DNA of 64,000 nucleotides from a virus: IMG/VR virus record IMGVR_UViG_3300028653_000010; one strand, 5' to 3'. Shown piece by piece: positions 9,451 to 18,120 of this stretch (position 1 is its first letter; each line of letters starts with the position of its first letter). The notes under the pieces were generated by a model. It saw only the letters and a program-made list of their open reading frames with translations, ran no database searches and was not told where the DNA came from. The position numbers and the translations under genes were made by a program.

Positions 9451-9468
9451 GCAAAAAGGAGAGATGCC

Positions 9469-10239
9469 TTGGAACAGGTAATTGCGTGGTTAATATCATT
9501 AATGGTTTCGGTAGCTCCTCCAGGTAGGAAGTCATATATCCCAGAGGCACAGGAAACCGTGGAGGAGGCGACGTCGCGTTATGGAGACATCGCAAAGGAC
9601 ACGGCATATGTAGTTTGGGACCCCCAAGAGAAACCAATATTTCATGGTAGTAGGGGTAGAATACGAACCGCTATGGTTCTTTATGCGGTGATCTCGTATG
9701 AAAGCGCCTTCAGGTTGGACGTAGATACTGGGGAAGGCCCGATGTCCAAAGGAGATGGTGGGGCGTCTTGGTGCTTGAATCAAGTAAACTTAGGGAAGAA
9801 GGATAAAATAGGGAACACTCCTAACCGGATTGTAGTGGACATCGGAGGCGGGTACCGGATCACCAACAATCAAACTGAGGGATGGAGTGGGCAAGACCTC
9901 GTTGACAATAGACAGTTGTGCTTCCACGCTGCTCTAGCGATACTTAGGTCCTCATTCGCTGCTTGCTCGGCCCTGCCCATCGAGAGCCGCTTGAATCAGT
10001 ATGCTAGTGGACACTGTGATAGAGGTGAGGAAGCTAGTCACCGTCGTATGGGCTTAGCCCTACTGTGGATGGGACGTAAGCTACCTACGTTCAAGGACGC
10101 CGATGTCATGGGTTGGTTGGAGGAAGATCAGAACCCAACCGTGTTGCCGCCAGTAAACCCTGATAATCAGCTCTTAGTCTCGCGGAACGACGTTGTAGAC
10201 CTAACATACCTGCCACCGCTGACGTACGTACGGAACTAG
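9469..10239 (+). CDS. lysozyme/SLT-like putative cell-wall hydrolase
   Basis: Hydrophobic N-terminus; YESAF (catalytic Glu-like) and GDGGASWCLNQV motifs; SD AAGGAG before TTG. Confidence 0.55.
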   Translation: MEQVIAWLISLMVSVAPPGRKSYIPEAQETVEEATSRYGDIAKDTAYVVWDPQEKPIFHGSRGRIRTAMVLYAVISYESAFRLDVDTGEGPMSKGDGGASWCLNQVNLGKKDKIGNTPNRIVVDIGGGYRITNNQTEGWSGQDLVDNRQLCFHAALAILRSSFAACSALPIESRLNQYASGHCDRGEEASHRRMGLALLWMGRKLPTFKDADVMGWLEEDQNPTVLPPVNPDNQLLVSRNDVVDLTYLPPLTYVRN

Positions 10240-10516
10240 TGTCCGTAGCCCCATGCGGTCTGATACACAGGCTTGCCTTCCCAAAGGGTCCCGTAATGCC
10301 CCTCTAACTTTATTCCGGGACCTTTGGGGATCGCCTTGACGACCCCTCCAATGAAGTGGCCCTTTGAGGGAACTACATACTCAACGCCAACACCCTCCTT
10401 GTCGTCCACAGCCTTACCACTGATCTCTCGGAGAAGAAGCATCTTCCCTTTGACTTCAGTTACTTGGTAGAAGTCAACGTTGGTCTGATCGTAGCCCCTA
10501 GAACTAGGTCGCTCAT
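10236..10516 (-). pseudogene. conserved phage protein (GYDQTNVDFYQV family), apparently frameshifted at the 5' end
   Basis: ATG 10516 reads MSDLVLG, out of frame with GYDQTNVDFYQVTEV. Confidence 0.5.
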
Positions 10517-10637
10517 AGCAAATGTGGATAGTCACATCCAAACTATCAAGGAAAGAATTGGTAGTGATGTACGGACAAGAGGCAATAGTGAGTCGAAGAT
10601 TGACTACCTCTACAGCTTGATCCTCCTGGCCGAGATC

Positions 10638-10922
10638 ATGCCAGAAGCCTCAGAGCCCGATGCTGTTCGTGTCAAGCACCGAGACAGGTTCATCAAAGAA
10701 GCTGTCTCAAAGGGCAAGTTCGTAATGAGTGCGGCGAATAGCGCTGAAGAACTAGCCGACCAACTCTTTGAAGACTTGAAACAAGAAGCCGCTGCCGAAG
10801 AACCGCCCCCAGTCATTGAGGTGACTGAAGAGGCTCAAGCCGAGGTAGAGCCTGTGGAGCACAAGGAGGCTCATGAGAAGCCGTCCAAGCACTCCAAGCA
10901 CTCCAAGGTCAAGAAGCCTTAG
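10638..10922 (+). CDS. hypothetical protein
   Basis: Acidic/Lys-rich ORF; start uncertain (10464-10638). Confidence 0.5.
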   Translation: MPEASEPDAVRVKHRDRFIKEAVSKGKFVMSAANSAEELADQLFEDLKQEAAAEEPPPVIEVTEEAQAEVEPVEHKEAHEKPSKHSKHSKVKKP

Positions 10923-11638
10923 GCCATCGCTGAAGCGTCGTCTGTCGGCATCGTAGAGGGCGCCGACAGGATGTCATCAAGGCTTTGGACCATCGTCATC
11001 GCTACCAGGTTCTGTACTGAAGCCTTCTGGGCATCTGTCAGGTCTGGGTGAGTGAAGTTGACTGGTACCCCCATCATCGTATGGAACGTCGACTTGATGC
11101 TGTTGGTATACTGAGTCTCATCGGCTGTATAGTAGTGCTGTTGCTTCAAGTAGTGCGCAAACAGAGCGGGGTCACCGGCGATAACCGCCGGCCAGGACTT
11201 CTGGAACCTCTTGTTCAGTAGCTTGACGTAATCAACAGCGCCCTCCAGGAGACTGTTGAACGCCCGGAAGCGGCACCAGGGGTGCTCAGGAGTGATCCAA
11301 ACCGAAGCCATCGGAGTGTTCCCAACGGCATAGGTTCTAACCACCTTCACGAGTGGGCTATCGTGAACCGCATGCTGAGCTACGCTGAGGGTGAGCTCTT
11401 CTCCACACCCAAAGAACTGGTAGTCATGCCCATCCCCATCAACGGACTTCACGTTGCCTAGATTGAAGTCCCACATCGACTTCCCCCACCCGGTCTCGAG
11501 GGCCCACTGACCACCTAGCACGCAAACAGCCTCGTGCTTAGGCTCCTCACCGAAGATCTGGTACCAGGCTTGCCAGAGTACTAGAAGAAGGTCTTGTTTG
11601 CTTACTGGGGTCTTGTTTGCATCTAATTTATTGGGCAT
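10919..11638 (-). CDS. GH73 glucosaminidase/FlgJ-like peptidoglycan hydrolase (endolysin candidate)
   Basis: QWALETGWGK, FNLGNVK, FRAFNSLLEGAVDY, YYTAD. Confidence 0.8.
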   Translation of the reverse strand: MPNKLDANKTPVSKQDLLLVLWQAWYQIFGEEPKHEAVCVLGGQWALETGWGKSMWDFNLGNVKSVDGDGHDYQFFGCGEELTLSVAQHAVHDSPLVKVVRTYAVGNTPMASVWITPEHPWCRFRAFNSLLEGAVDYVKLLNKRFQKSWPAVIAGDPALFAHYLKQQHYYTADETQYTNSIKSTFHTMMGVPVNFTHPDLTDAQKASVQNLVAMTMVQSLDDILSAPSTMPTDDASAMA

Positions 11639-11689
11639 ACAAAAGATGCCCAATAACCTGATTATAAGTCCACAACATACTACTCGTAG

Positions 11690-13492
11690 TTACTCTGATT
11701 CTAGAGCAAACATTGCGTTTTGTCTCTCGAACTCCATATTCTGTTCTTCTAACCTAGTATAGAACTCAATCGGGTGGTCCGAAGGTGGGTAAACCTTCGC
11801 CCCCAACAAGGGTGCATTATCTTCCCAATGGCGCTCTATAGCTATGATCTGAATTTTAGGATATCCCGGATGCCCAGGAACGTCCCCACGATCTCTCGCC
11901 ATTCTGTAGTGATCAGGTTGAATAAACTTCCGATAGGCTACTAGAATACCTTGGTCTCTATGCCAGTACTTCAAAGCCTCATCGAGGTCATAGATTCCGG
12001 TCTTGACCTCCTTAGCACTTTTACCGCTTTTTGCCTGAATAGCTACCGTTAGGTGCTTGTTGTTTGGGGCTATTGTAGTGAAGTACCCATCCTGACCGTG
12101 GTCGTTAGGACCATCAGTGTACTCAGCATTGAACACGTTTTTAACTACGAACTCTGACCATCCGTAACCATCCAGCTCATAGAGGCAAGAAGCATCAGTA
12201 ACATGGGTCACCCTTTGGGTGATGATCACTTTTTCCCTTTCCAAGCGTAAGCGCGCTTCACGGAAGGTCTCTGGGGACAACTCCATCCCGATTGACTTTC
12301 TGCCTAACTGGTAAGCCGCTATGCAAGTGGTACCGCTACCGACAAATGGGTCCACTACCAAGTCACCAGGGTCAGTACAGCCTAAAATTACACGCTGGAC
12401 TAACTTCAGCGGCTTCTGGCCATCAAAAGTTATTGACTCACTCTTACCTAGGTTGATATCCTCCCAGGCTTCATCTGCTGGGGTATTAAGGGGTAGAATA
12501 TCCCCTCGGTAGTACTCAAGATCGTCCCTGGAAGCCTCAAGTGTCGTAAGATCAGTCCAATAGTTACTGATCGGAACTCCGGAGTTAATGGTCAAGAAGT
12601 GTTTGTATCTAGGAACTCCACCCTTAGGTGACCAGAAGATCAAACCCTCAGCGTCCAATATATCCAGCATCTCTTGGGTGGTACCCGTCAGATCCTTATG
12701 GTACTTCTCTTTGAAGTACCACTTAGCTCGGTCAGGTACGTTCCAGTGACGGCCTTTCCCACTTAATGATGGATCTATCCCTCTCCAAGGTTTGCCACTA
12801 TTACCACCGGAGGTTCCATACCCGGTTAGAGTAACTGATTGCCACCATCTACCGTCAGGATCTCTATGTTTATAGACCTTTTCTAGGCCAGCCTGCGGTT
12901 GGAGTACTCGATTCCACTTGTAGTTAGGGCCTTTAGCATAGAACAACAATACATCTACAACAGAACCTAGGGTTTTTGAGTCGTTATGCGCAAAAGTGCG
13001 TTTCCAAGTGACCGTTGATACCCAGGATCCCTTATACAACGGTGTGTGAAAAATCGGACCTAGAAGAGATTGTACAAATGGGGATGCATTAGGGTCGCAC
13101 TCGTAACACAACATCCCGTTTTCTTTGAGAACTCTGTGCGCCAACGCCAACCTAACAGCCATGTAGACTTGGTAGGACCAAAACTTAGGGTTGTATTGAC
13201 TTACTACCTCTTGGTTACCAATAAGATACTTCTTAAGCAGTGGGTAATCTGAGATTAGCCTACTATCAAGAAGGGCCTCCAAATCATTGTCAGTCCCGAC
13301 ATCAAGTTTCCAGGTATCAGGGTAGGCCAAGATCTGCGCGTGACTACCATTACCACTATGCACAGTCTGATTGTACTTTCTACCGCTACCATAAGGCGGA
13401 TCCAAGTAGATCAAGTCGACCGAATTTGGCTCAAGTTCAGCAAGGCTATTTTTATTATCCCCGAGTAGAATTTTGGGTTCGAATTTTTCCAT
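11690..13492 (-). CDS. beta-class N6/N4 DNA methyltransferase fused to an Mrr-like PD-(D/E)xK domain
   Basis: DLIYLDPPY, QKP...DPFVGSGTT; C-terminal DHGQDG...AIQAKS. Confidence 0.85.
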   Translation of the reverse strand: MEKFEPKILLGDNKNSLAELEPNSVDLIYLDPPYGSGRKYNQTVHSGNGSHAQILAYPDTWKLDVGTDNDLEALLDSRLISDYPLLKKYLIGNQEVVSQYNPKFWSYQVYMAVRLALAHRVLKENGMLCYECDPNASPFVQSLLGPIFHTPLYKGSWVSTVTWKRTFAHNDSKTLGSVVDVLLFYAKGPNYKWNRVLQPQAGLEKVYKHRDPDGRWWQSVTLTGYGTSGGNSGKPWRGIDPSLSGKGRHWNVPDRAKWYFKEKYHKDLTGTTQEMLDILDAEGLIFWSPKGGVPRYKHFLTINSGVPISNYWTDLTTLEASRDDLEYYRGDILPLNTPADEAWEDINLGKSESITFDGQKPLKLVQRVILGCTDPGDLVVDPFVGSGTTCIAAYQLGRKSIGMELSPETFREARLRLEREKVIITQRVTHVTDASCLYELDGYGWSEFVVKNVFNAEYTDGPNDHGQDGYFTTIAPNNKHLTVAIQAKSGKSAKEVKTGIYDLDEALKYWHRDQGILVAYRKFIQPDHYRMARDRGDVPGHPGYPKIQIIAIERHWEDNAPLLGAKVYPPSDHPIEFYTRLEEQNMEFERQNAMFALESE

Positions 13493-13520
13493 CCTTTCTA
13501 GTTACACCGGCAATATCGAG

Positions 13521-14660
13521 CTAGGACCAGATATTGCCGGATCTAATCAGCTCAGTCGAGCTGATGTCAAACCTGACCGGAAGCCTCTCGCAGGGGAAGT
13601 TACTCGGAGGCCTCAAGTCCCAAAGCGTGGTGAATACACCCTTCACCAACCGATCCGGAACGATGAGCTTGGTCCCGGTCTCCTTGAACACTCGTTGAAG
13701 GGCGTCAACACTGAACCCCCACTTGGCATCCAAGAGTTCAACGAAGGCGTCGGCTCCAAGAATGATCTTAGTATTCGGGAATAGCCTAGCCTTGTCCAAG
13801 TAATACGGGGCGCCCCAAGTGAAGATCACGTGTCGCCCTTTGAGCAGCTTGGCTCGCTTCAGCATATCCCAAGGGGTCAACAGATCCTTGTGAGGTGGGC
13901 TCACCTCGATAGCGAAAACCACCGGCTGGTGGTACTGCTTGGTGAAAGCATCGGCAACCCCAAAGTGTCCAAAATGAGGGACGGTGAACGACCCGGGGTA
14001 GACGCCAACACCCGATGCCTCGAAGTCGTGCATCATGCTATCCCAGCCGAGTCGCGCACCGTCACTCCGGAAGAATGGTCTCTTGCTCAGTAGAATCTTC
14101 GCTTGAGTGTTGCAATCAGTGATACAATCCTCAAACTCAACGTTATCAGGAAGAGTAATGATGTCTGTGGCCCCAACTGCTTGTAGTATGGCCTTCCCAA
14201 TCAGCATATCACAGGCTAGAAGATCTTTGAATCGAACCTCTTCTCCCACCCCCTTCTTGAACCTGGCATAGTAGACACAGACTAGGTCATCCGAGAAAAC
14301 CCCCACCCAGACCCTGTGCTCGCCTCTGTGGATCTCGTTCGTGGCTATCGCGGCCGTAGCCCCAATCCCAATCGTCCGCTTCCCATCGGGCTGGTAGGCT
14401 CGGTAATAGGCCCTCATGGCTTGCTCCAACGCGGTATCCATGCAGACGAAGTTCTCGGGGACGAACCCGAGATAGTCACTGGTAGCTTCCTTGGCGTGCG
14501 GGAAGTGTGCCTCATGAAGCACATTAGTTAGGCCAGGAATGGTGGCAAGACCTGCCACCATTCCTGAACCAGCGCTGGCGCCCAAGATCCCCAATCGTAC
14601 ATCCTTCGTTAGTAGTACCTTCAGGGCTTCACGTAATGCATGACCACTTGGGATTATCAT
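13521..14660 (-). CDS. CinA-like domain fused to an HxGH nucleotidyltransferase (NMNAT-like)
   Basis: N-terminal CinA-like region (LATIPGLTNVLHEAHFP, HRGEHRV); YPGSFTVPHFGH, LGADAF, DISSTELIR. Confidence 0.7.
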   Translation of the reverse strand: MIIPSGHALREALKVLLTKDVRLGILGASAGSGMVAGLATIPGLTNVLHEAHFPHAKEATSDYLGFVPENFVCMDTALEQAMRAYYRAYQPDGKRTIGIGATAAIATNEIHRGEHRVWVGVFSDDLVCVYYARFKKGVGEEVRFKDLLACDMLIGKAILQAVGATDIITLPDNVEFEDCITDCNTQAKILLSKRPFFRSDGARLGWDSMMHDFEASGVGVYPGSFTVPHFGHFGVADAFTKQYHQPVVFAIEVSPPHKDLLTPWDMLKRAKLLKGRHVIFTWGAPYYLDKARLFPNTKIILGADAFVELLDAKWGFSVDALQRVFKETGTKLIVPDRLVKGVFTTLWDLRPPSNFPCERLPVRFDISSTELIRSGNIWS

Positions 14661-15562
14661 ATAAACTCTGGCAGTGTAAAAGGGCGGAATTTAGGTTTCC
14701 CTACTACTTCCTTCAGCAACCTATCGAAGGTATCATGAACCTCACTCGCGTCAATAGGCCTCATATTGACATTTTCATTTAGGCAGAGTCCGAGTAGGTC
14801 CCTTATAGGCTCTGGGACCGAATCCGGATACTCCTTGGTTTTTAGGTCTCCACCAAGTAGTGCTTGAACGCACTTGGCCATCATATAGAGATCGGTACCC
14901 TCCCGCGCGGGCTCCGAGTGAAGGACTTCGGGTGGGTAGAAGTCCTCGTAGGTGGTGACCATTGCCGGAACTTTGATCCTTGTTGGAGTCGAGTAGGACC
15001 AATCGACTATCCGCCCCCCGTGATCTTCCAGGGTGAGTAGGATGTGTGGAGGCAAGATCGCTCCGTGGATAACCTTGTGCTTGTGGGCATACCACATGCC
15101 CACAAGGGACCGCTTGAACATCCAAGCCATGTCCCGATAGTCAATCCCCTTCGGGTAGGCCTTGAGAACAGTATCAAGAGTTACACAACCCTTGATCTCC
15201 TCGAAGATGTGGGCTTGCTTACCATCAACAAGGACTCCGATCCCACCATAACTCGTGGGGTAGTACTTGTGGAAGCTGCTTGGCTCACTGGGGTTTTCAG
15301 GGTGCAGCTGACCAAGTACTGACACGTCCCTCTCAATCAGATCATTGAATTCTCGGTCCTTAGCGATCTTCACCAAAACAGGCTTGGAGTTGTGCCCAGA
15401 CTCTCGATCCATGATGCGCTCGTAGCGGGTTCGAATCTCCTTGTGTTCAACTACCGCGGGTGGATTGGACAACGTCCCCTCAAAGATCTCGCTGATATCT
15501 CCTTCTATGACCTTGGCTCGGATGATCAACTCTCGGCCGTCTCTCAAGTTAATCTGGGTCAT
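14657..15562 (-). CDS. Ser/Thr protein kinase-like protein (probable pseudokinase)
   Basis: VLVKIA; catalytic loop HGAILPPHIL (no Asp/Asn); DWS in place of DFG; YPPE; TDLYMMA. Confidence 0.8.
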   Translation of the reverse strand: MTQINLRDGRELIIRAKVIEGDISEIFEGTLSNPPAVVEHKEIRTRYERIMDRESGHNSKPVLVKIAKDREFNDLIERDVSVLGQLHPENPSEPSSFHKYYPTSYGGIGVLVDGKQAHIFEEIKGCVTLDTVLKAYPKGIDYRDMAWMFKRSLVGMWYAHKHKVIHGAILPPHILLTLEDHGGRIVDWSYSTPTRIKVPAMVTTYEDFYPPEVLHSEPAREGTDLYMMAKCVQALLGGDLKTKEYPDSVPEPIRDLLGLCLNENVNMRPIDASEVHDTFDRLLKEVVGKPKFRPFTLPEFI

Positions 15563-16932
15563 ACTTCACGCTTATCCTCTGCTGTTGGACCAAAACCCCT
15601 GATGAGTACCCGAGATTTGAATACCTTCGATATACAGGCTTCTAGACGTCGTGTGCCACTAAGGGTTGTGTAGACTGGGGATACCGCCGATTGAACAGGC
15701 TCTGCCTCCTCCCCATACTTCTCTGACATGGCCTTGAGCTCGAGATGGAAGTCGTGACTAATCCCAAACCTTATACGGTACGTAGTACTGCCTAGGAAGT
15801 TATGGGCTAAACAAACCTGTTGGGGTCCGCTCACTTGGTCAAGATGATTGATTGCTATTGCATCCACACCATCCATAACAAACTTGGCGTACCTCGCCAT
15901 TATGAAGTCGAAGTAACCTAATCGGAAGGATCCCTGCCACTCCCCATCGACATTGTGGTCCTTGATGTCCAACTCGAGACCCTCAGAAGGTAGTGGTCCC
16001 GCTCCATGACGAGTATGATACGGACGAGTCACTCCAAGTCTGAGGTATTTAGCACCTGAGGTACCTGATATCTGCTTGAGAATCTTGATGGCATTCTCAA
16101 AGGTGCAATTGCTCCAAGTCGTGTGCGGATGAAAACCCCACTCTTCATCAAGCAATGCTCCCTGAGCCCCTTCAAAGATTATAGTGTCATCATCGTTGAA
16201 GACATCCCCAGTATCAATAGGCCTAACAATAGACACCCCTCGTTTCAAGAGCTCGGTTGTATCTTGGATGAAGCGATCTACAACCTCACCGTCTTCTAGG
16301 ATATCGAGATCAACCCCAACCTCACTACCCTTGGGCCAATCACTAACTAGAGTTCTAGCTTCCAAGCAAGCTCTGATCCGTATACCTCTGAGTTTACTGG
16401 CCAACTCATCTAAGTTGTTGAGGTCGCGCATTCGAATAGCCAACTCTGGATCACGGATGGCCCAATCGACTGTCTCACCTATACCCATTCCGCAAGTACC
16501 AAACTCCAACGTGGACTTCACTCGACGCTGAGTCTCTCGAAGGCGGTTGAGAGACACGTGAAAAGGAGTGGTCAGGAGAGAGTTTTGGTCGACGAACATC
16601 CGCTCGAAGGCGTCAGTCACCCCAAGGCTGATCAGGTGATCCCCCTCGGGTAACATGAAGGTAGGGTTCACCAACACATACTTGCTGAGGTAAGTCTTGG
16701 CACCAGCAAAAGTCCCAGAACCCCACTGAGAAAAGCAATGGTGTCTTCCGTCGGCTAGGACAACGTTATGCCCAGCTTGCGCGCCCCCATTGTACCTGAC
16801 GACCACCTTGGACTTGTGCTTACGACACAGGTAGTCGACAATCGAGCCCTTACCCTCATCCCCGAACCCAAGGCCAGCTACCAATACAGCTCTCATCATA
16901 GTTTCTAGGTGGTGGCTGAGATCAGCCACCAC
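15559..16932 (-). CDS. adenylosuccinate synthetase-like protein (divergent PurA paralogue)
   Basis: GDEGKG, RYNGGAQAGHN, EGAQGALLD, TRHGAGPLP. The Asp-binding TTGR loop is absent. Start may be ATG 16899. Confidence 0.85.
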   Translation of the reverse strand: MVADLSHHLETMMRAVLVAGLGFGDEGKGSIVDYLCRKHKSKVVVRYNGGAQAGHNVVLADGRHHCFSQWGSGTFAGAKTYLSKYVLVNPTFMLPEGDHLISLGVTDAFERMFVDQNSLLTTPFHVSLNRLRETQRRVKSTLEFGTCGMGIGETVDWAIRDPELAIRMRDLNNLDELASKLRGIRIRACLEARTLVSDWPKGSEVGVDLDILEDGEVVDRFIQDTTELLKRGVSIVRPIDTGDVFNDDDTIIFEGAQGALLDEEWGFHPHTTWSNCTFENAIKILKQISGTSGAKYLRLGVTRPYHTRHGAGPLPSEGLELDIKDHNVDGEWQGSFRLGYFDFIMARYAKFVMDGVDAIAINHLDQVSGPQQVCLAHNFLGSTTYRIRFGISHDFHLELKAMSEKYGEEAEPVQSAVSPVYTTLSGTRRLEACISKVFKSRVLIRGFGPTAEDKREV

Positions 16933-16944
16933 CTCCTTTGATAG

Positions 16945-17910
16945 TTACAGTCTTCGAACCGGTGAGCTGCCAACTGGCAACCCACGACTCTTGATCAGGT
17001 TGTAGAGAGATGCCTCTATACTCGAAGATTTTGAGGAACTAACCCCAGCATCTCTGAGTAGTATCTTGGCATCTTGAATGTTGGTCAATCCTTCACAGAT
17101 ACCCACCGTAGTAGCTACCAATTCGCAGATGTCAGTAGCATTTGCCATGTGGATGACATTCTGGGCACCAAGCAACCTTTCCCAGTAGTGCGCTACACTT
17201 GACTTATCTCCACCGCTAGTATCCCTTGGAATGACAAAGAATACGTTGTACTTCTGCTGACACTCACGAACGATATCCTCAGTCTTGATATCAACCCCTT
17301 GCAGGTTGTACCCAAGAATACTATCGATTGACGAGCTCTTCACGACAGGGAACGGTAGTTCATCTCCTAGGATAAAAAGGTAACCCTTCTTGTTGCGCTT
17401 GATGAGAGAGTCAATCTCTGTATGACGTGCGAAAAAATAGAAGACGTTCTGGTACGATTCTTCCCCGTAAGGTCCACCATTGCCCTCCAACCAGAAGTGC
17501 TCCAGATCCTCATCCATCTGATTACTGGCTTCGAACTGACCGACTTGCAACGATCCCTTGTCGGAGAATTCGTCCCCGATAGCTCCAAACAAAAAGTGAG
17601 CATCGCGTATCCCTACCTTGAGGGCTATTTTATTCATATTCGGAAGGCTTTTTTGAACTCCAATGGGTACTTTTTGCATCGACCCAGTGACATCGAGCAT
17701 GATGGAAATGGGGATCGATTCAGGATGCTCTAGCGAATCTCTTGACTCCCGAACCTTGACTCCTTTTGGATCAAGCCGGGGGTGAACCTTCTGCTCACTC
17801 TTCGGCTTGGCAATGACTGCTTCGTGATGGGCAAAAGCAGACTTACCGCTTGTAGCGCGCTCCTTCGCCTTATCGTTGTAGTATTCTTCACTCCAACTTC
17901 CACCACCCAT
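16945..17910 (-). CDS. von Willebrand factor A domain protein
   Basis: MIDAS DVTGSM, GAIGD, EGNGG...ESY, FILGDE; N-terminus MGGGSWS. Confidence 0.85.
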   Translation of the reverse strand: MGGGSWSEEYYNDKAKERATSGKSAFAHHEAVIAKPKSEQKVHPRLDPKGVKVRESRDSLEHPESIPISIMLDVTGSMQKVPIGVQKSLPNMNKIALKVGIRDAHFLFGAIGDEFSDKGSLQVGQFEASNQMDEDLEHFWLEGNGGPYGEESYQNVFYFFARHTEIDSLIKRNKKGYLFILGDELPFPVVKSSSIDSILGYNLQGVDIKTEDIVRECQQKYNVFFVIPRDTSGGDKSSVAHYWERLLGAQNVIHMANATDICELVATTVGICEGLTNIQDAKILLRDAGVSSSKSSSIEASLYNLIKSRGLPVGSSPVRRL

Positions 17911-17928
17911 GGCGGGCCTCTTCTTTCT

Positions 17929-18117
17929 TTAGATGACCCAAGGCCTGTGATACCTATCGGGCCACCATTTCTTCTTTTTTGGTTGACTTTCAGGCTGGAT
18001 TGACGTCGGAGTACTTGACCCCCTACTTGGTGATGTAGGGTTTTCCTGCCGAGAGCGCCGGTTTAGACGATCCGCGGCTCGTTCATAATACTCACGAGAG
18101 TAACCCATCGAACCCAT
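17929..18117 (-). CDS. 62-aa peptide whose N-terminus resembles the adjacent vWA protein
   Basis: Exactly fills the nadV-vWA gap; MGSMGYSREYY aligns with MGGGSWSEEYY. Confidence 0.6.
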   Translation of the reverse strand: MGSMGYSREYYERAADRLNRRSRQENPTSPSRGSSTPTSIQPESQPKKKKWWPDRYHRPWVI

Positions 18118-18120
18118 TAC

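Noticed and set aside
15559-16932. PurZ / Z-genome (2-aminoadenine) pathway
   Set aside because: The enzyme retains the PurA-type Asp in GDEGKG (PurZ has Ser) and lacks the aspartate loop PurZ needs. The MazG and HD genes are unlinked to it.
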